This document shows positions 59,971-64,000 of a DNA stretch of 64,000 nucleotides, one piece after another. The stretch covers positions 209,611 through 273,610 of the forward strand of contig JAANOX010000136.1 of the NCBI GenBank assembly GCA_020184695.1, read 5' to 3'. Origin of the DNA: Histomonas meleagridis 2922-C6/04-290x. Taxonomy: Eukaryota; Protista; Parabasalia. Below the pieces are notes generated by a model that saw only the letters and a program-made list of their open reading frames with translations, had not been told where the DNA came from and searched no databases. Made by a program: the position numbers and the translations under genes. Positions within the stretch are counted from its first letter, which is position 1; each line of letters starts with the position of its first letter.

Positions 59971-60367
59971 AATTTCATAATATTGGCAACTATTTGACTT
60001 GAAATATTTACTTCTTCGAAGTGTTTAAACTTAAGTTTCTTTAAATCTTCAGTATGCTTTTTATCGATGGCGGATTGAATTCTTTTTTCAGCTTGTTGAA
60101 TTTTTTGATTCCAACTTAATTTCTTTGTGTTATACATGATACGTAGTCTATTAGGTTCAGTAATAAATTCACTTGAAGAATTTAAAGTGTGTAATATATT
60201 TGTTGAGGCTTTTGTTTGATAGATTTTATTTTATATTAATATAAACTGGTTCTCAGCGGTTGTACTACTTTTTTCACAAGTTTATTAAATTCAGATTTTG
60301 AAAGTTGCCCGCTAAAATTTGAGGTCTTCATTTGATATTATGGCGGTAATATTTCCCGTTCATTTTC

Positions 60368-61378
60368 ATGATAAGCGAACAACTTATACAAGATATTAAA
60401 AGCCTTTCTAACAAAGAAGAGCAGATTGCGACAATGCTCAAGTATGGTTGCACGTATGAAGTAATAAGAAGACAGTTAAATGTAAGTAAATCAACAATAT
60501 CAACAGTCAAAAAGCAAATTGATGCAAATTGTTTTACTCCAAAAAAACCAATTATGCATAAAAGAGATCTTTGCAGAACCGAAGTCGAAACATTAAGAAT
60601 TCAATAGCCTAACGTATCAGATTCAAGAATTGCAGAACTTATAGAGAAAAATCTAGGAATTGTTATATCACGTTCTACAGTCAACAGGATTGAACATGCA
60701 TTGAATTTTAAATATCTCCCAATGAAGCACAAGCAAAACCTATCAGAATTACAAAAAAGGAACCGAGTCCTTTTTTGTCACAGAATTTTGAAAGATGAGA
60801 TTCTAGGAGAAGATATTATATTTTCTGATGAATCTAGGTTCGTTCTAGGAACAGATCGGAGGTGGGTTTGGCGAATTTTGAAGCGAAAAGTTGAAGAAGT
60901 GAATCCCCCAGATTTAGATTCACTTATTGACACAATTATTGAAGCATGGGAATCAATAAGCATTACAACAATCAATAATTTAATAATAAGTTTTAGAAAA
61001 AGATGTGCATTATGTCTAAAGTATAATGGGGAATCAATCAACGGTCATTTTAGTGATATCATAGATATACCAACAAAAGAATATTTAGAAGTTGCAGGTA
61101 CACTTGAAGATGAATTCCAAAGCGTCGTACTTAGTAAATTTACTGAAGAAGAAGAAAATGCATACGAAGAAACAATGGCGAAAATTGAAGAAGAACCAAA
61201 TTGGACAGAAAAACTTGATAGAAGGTTATATAAATACATCGTGGAAGACGGATTAGCATTCAAAGAGGCCGCCAAGCGTTTGAAAACAAAAAATATAGAG
61301 TCCGTGAAAAAAGATTTGAAGAAGTTTGTATCCAACGTGCTTCTCATCGGTTGTACCAGTAAACCATTGAAAGTCTGA
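60368..61378 (+). mobile_element. Tc1/IS630-superfamily transposase, internally deleted, with C-terminal Myb/SANT-like extension
   Basis: HTH (IRRQLNVSKSTISTVKK) is followed by an in-frame TAG at 60605-60607, then ISRSTVNRI...IIFSDESRF...WVWRI joined directly to LKRKV...AWESI...NNLIISFRKRC...NG. The second D and the E catalytic region are absent. No TIRs identified. Confidence 0.8.
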
Positions 61379-61398
61379 TTTTTTTGTTTGTTTTTTAA

Positions 61399-61463
61399 CA
61401 CACACACACACAGCGCTATGTGAGCTTCGTGCTACGCACTCGCTCCCACTCGCGCTACATAAA
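61399..61463. other. (CA)7 + GC-rich three-stem hairpin, copy 1
   Basis: AGCGC/GCGCT, TGTGAGC/GCTCCCA and GTGC/GCAC stacked stems. Confidence 0.75.
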
Positions 61464-61689
61464 CTAAAGGATGAACGGCTAAAATCGATTGAATTATCAT
61501 AAATCGGTTGGTTTTGATTGAAAGTAATTAAATATATTTAAATTCATGATGACATTTATTTTTTAAATGTGTGAGGCATGAATCCGGCTGAGTTGTTGTT
61601 AATCCTATGTGGAAAGTTGTAAATTCTATGTGGATTTTAGTATTTTGTTGTAAAAAGTACTGTTTAAAATTGAAAGGTGAAAATGTCAC

Positions 61690-61756
61690 CACACACACAC
61701 ACACAGCGCTATTGAAGCTTCGCGTGATACGCTCGCTTCAAGCCGCGCTACATAAA
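61690..61756. other. (CA)8 + GC-rich three-stem hairpin, copy 2
   Basis: AGCGC/GCGCT, TTGAAGC/GCTTCAA and GCGT/ACGC stems, with the same length and loop sizes as copy 1. Confidence 0.75.
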
Positions 61757-61847
61757 AGAAAGCATTAACGATAGAGGATGATTGAAAATTAGGATTAACG
61801 GTCACATTTAAAGATAAGCATGTGTGAAATATAATCCTAAATAGTTA

Positions 61848-61945
61848 CTTGTAACGTAACGTTACCTGTAACTTTGACATTTTGGAAAAAAGAAGAAGAA
61901 TAAAGAACATGAGATGCAAAAACCAAGGTAACGTTACGTTACAGG
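61848..61945. repeat. 20-bp inverted repeat of GTAAC/GTTAC units around a purine-rich 58-bp spacer
   Basis: CTTGTAACGTAACGTTACCT (61848-61867) versus AGGTAACGTTACGTTACAGG (61926-61945), 19/20 complementary. Confidence 0.8.
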
Positions 61946-62048
61946 TTATAAATTAAGCTTAGTGTTGAAGTAGTAATTTGATTTTTTGATTGAAAGTAAT
62001 AAAATATATTTAAATTCATGATGACATTTATATTTAAAATGTGTGAGG

Positions 62049-62054
62049 CATGAC

Positions 62055-62093
<39 letters not shown>

Positions 62094-64000
62094 AAAAGTT
62101 ATTAGCTAAAGGAAATTCGGAAAAGCTGAATGAGTTTCTCCATTTTAGTGATTTGACGTGAATATTGCATGTTTACTGGAGCTGATGATGATAACGGATG
62201 AGTTGTCGTAATGCTATGTGGATTTTAGTGTTTGGAGCTTAAAGTTGTTATTAACTGAGGTTTTGAATGTAAAAAGTACCTTTTAATTTTCAAAGATGTT
62301 TTTTTAACCCTTTTTTTAACCCTTTACGAAACGGAGAAAATGAGCATTTTTTGAAGGATTTAACGCAAAAGTTGACGGTTGATATATCGGTAAGAATTTG
62401 TTGTTAATCCTATGTGGATTTTAGTGTTTGGAGCTTAAAGTTGTTATTAACTGAGGTTGTGAATGTAAAAAGTACCTTTTAATTTTCAAAGGTGATTTTT
62501 TAACCCTTTTTTTGAACCCTCAACGAAACGGAGAAAATGAGCATTTATTGAAGGATTTAACGCAAAAGTTGACGGTTGATATATCGGTAAGAATTTGTTG
62601 TTAATCCTATGTAGATTTTAGTGTTTGGAGCTTAATGACAAACTAACTAACTAACTAACCTAACAAAAAAAATTCGAGAAAGCCTTTTCGTAAAAGTCTA
62701 TATATTTTTGAGGTTGAATTCTAACTTGATGATTTGACGTGAATTTTGCAAGTTTACGGGAGTTAATGACTATAAGCTAACGGAAAAGGCTTATTTCTAT
62801 GTTGAATGTTGCATTTACTGCTTCAAACTTGTAATTTTCAGCTGATTTGACACAATCAAAAATGATGATGCCTCAGATATGACTGTTTTTGAAAAGTCTT
62901 TCTCGAATTTTTTTTGTTAGGTTAGTTAGTTAGTTAGTTTGTCATGTATAAAAATAAATATTAATATCATTTATGTTTAGCAAAAAATTCTTTCGTCAAC
63001 TTTTGCGTTAAATCCTTCAATAAATGCTCATTTTCTCCGTTTCGTAAAGGGTTAAAAAAAGGGTTAAAAAAAAATCACCTTTGAAAATTAAAAGGTACTT
63101 TTTACATTCAAAACCTCAGTTAATAACAACTTTAAGCTCCAAACACTAAAATCTACATAGGATTAACAACAATCCATCCGTTATAGTCAACAACTCCCGT
63201 AAACTTGCAATATTCACGTCAAATCACTAAAATGGAGAAACTCACGGAACAATTTTGAATTTCCTTTAGCTAGTTTCTTTTTTAGTTAGTTAGTTAGTTA
63301 GTTAGTTTGTCATGTATAAAAATAAATTCATGTCCGACTCACATATCAAACGAATCGCAAAATTATGTATCATTATTTTAAAGCAAGTTTACGTTCGTTG
63401 AATTACAATCGTTTATTGCAACATTCGACACATTCAATTACTATACACGAATGATATAACATTATTTGAAACAAGTTTACGTTCGTTCAATTTATCATCG
63501 TTGATTGCTAAAATCGACAAATCACTTATCACACACGAATGAAACAAGTTTACGCTGTTCAATTTTTAAGTGTTAATTACAAAAATCTAAAAATAAATTT
63601 ATGATGTCATCAATTTTAAAACATGAAATTATAAGCATTGAATAGTACATAATTTTGCGATTCGTTTGATATGTGAGTCGGACATGAATTTATTTTTATA
63701 CATGACAAACTAACTAACTAACTAACTAACTAAAAAAGAAACTAGCTAAAGGAAATTCAAAATTGTTCCGTGAGTTTCTCCATTTTAGTGATTTGACGTG
63801 AATATTGCAAGTTTGAGGTATTGACACAGCATGGACCAGTGACCAATCTAACAGCAAGTATTGCCTGAGGTTTTGAGTGTAAAAAGTACACTGGTGGTAC
63901 AACCCATACTGAGCCCTGTACAATATTGAAGATTTAACACAGAGTTGACAGAAGCACAGCTGTACTGATATTAATATTTATTTTTATACATGACAAACTA
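62049..64000. repeat. Nested foldback-like complex of inverted and direct repeats built on CATGACAAA(CTAA)n
   Basis: ~196-bp tandem units (62214, 62410, 62607); ~55-bp TIR cassette 62635-62945; arms 62049-62390 and 62997-63315 are inverted; 169-bp arms 63201-63369 and 63646-63814; another motif copy at the window edge. Confidence 0.85.

Noticed and set aside
59967-60220. ~84-codon antisense open frame whose stop overlaps the locus D TAA
   Set aside because: No upstream start and no recognisable motif. Probably a truncated remnant, and the TTAA overlap is unremarkable in AT-rich DNA.
60240-60290. TIR for the Tc1-like transposase (TAAACT...AGTTTA; ACTTGTGAAAAAAGTAGTAC on the minus strand)
   Set aside because: No matching inverted copy was found to the right of the transposase within the window, so element ends remain undefined.
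62058-62093. (CTAA)n/(TTAG)n as a telomere, or as tandem ACTAAC intron branch points
   Set aside because: The arrays are short (4-9 units), internal, occur in both orientations and are embedded in repeat modules with no flanking exons or acceptor.

Overview
AT-rich eukaryotic DNA, most likely from a parabasalid (trichomonad-like) protist. This is inferred from the compact intron-less housekeeping genes, TCA(C/G)TT initiator-like motifs, BspA-type LRR surface proteins, DUF3447+ankyrin family expansion and mariner/Tc1 elements. Long intact single-copy genes (HEAT/importin-beta-like, NTF2-like, WD40, SCY1-like pseudokinase, HECT E3, MLF, serpin, 7TM protein, Rab, CYFIP/Sra-1, SAC-domain phosphatase) alternate with disrupted multigene-family members and repeats. 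The standout signal is in the ankyrin arrays of the DUF3447 genes, which are not continuous ORFs. Every ankyrin repeat is followed, at the same codon position, by an AT-rich intervening sequence with no conserved GT-AG ends. In the four best-preserved loci the unit is exactly 170 nt at all 23 junctions, which shifts the frame each time. Stops occur in both relevant frames, and a small internal hairpin shows compensatory pairing. Removing 68 nt per unit would restore the canonical 34-aa repeat, suggesting a non-canonical, ankyrin-specific intron or processing system. This is unproven without RNA data. The right end (60.3-64 kb) holds an internally deleted Tc1-like transposase fused to a Myb/SANT-like domain, two (CA)n-linked GC-rich hairpins with full covariation, and a nested foldback-like array of inverted repeats built on (CTAA)n. 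No rRNA, tRNA or CRISPR array was recognised.
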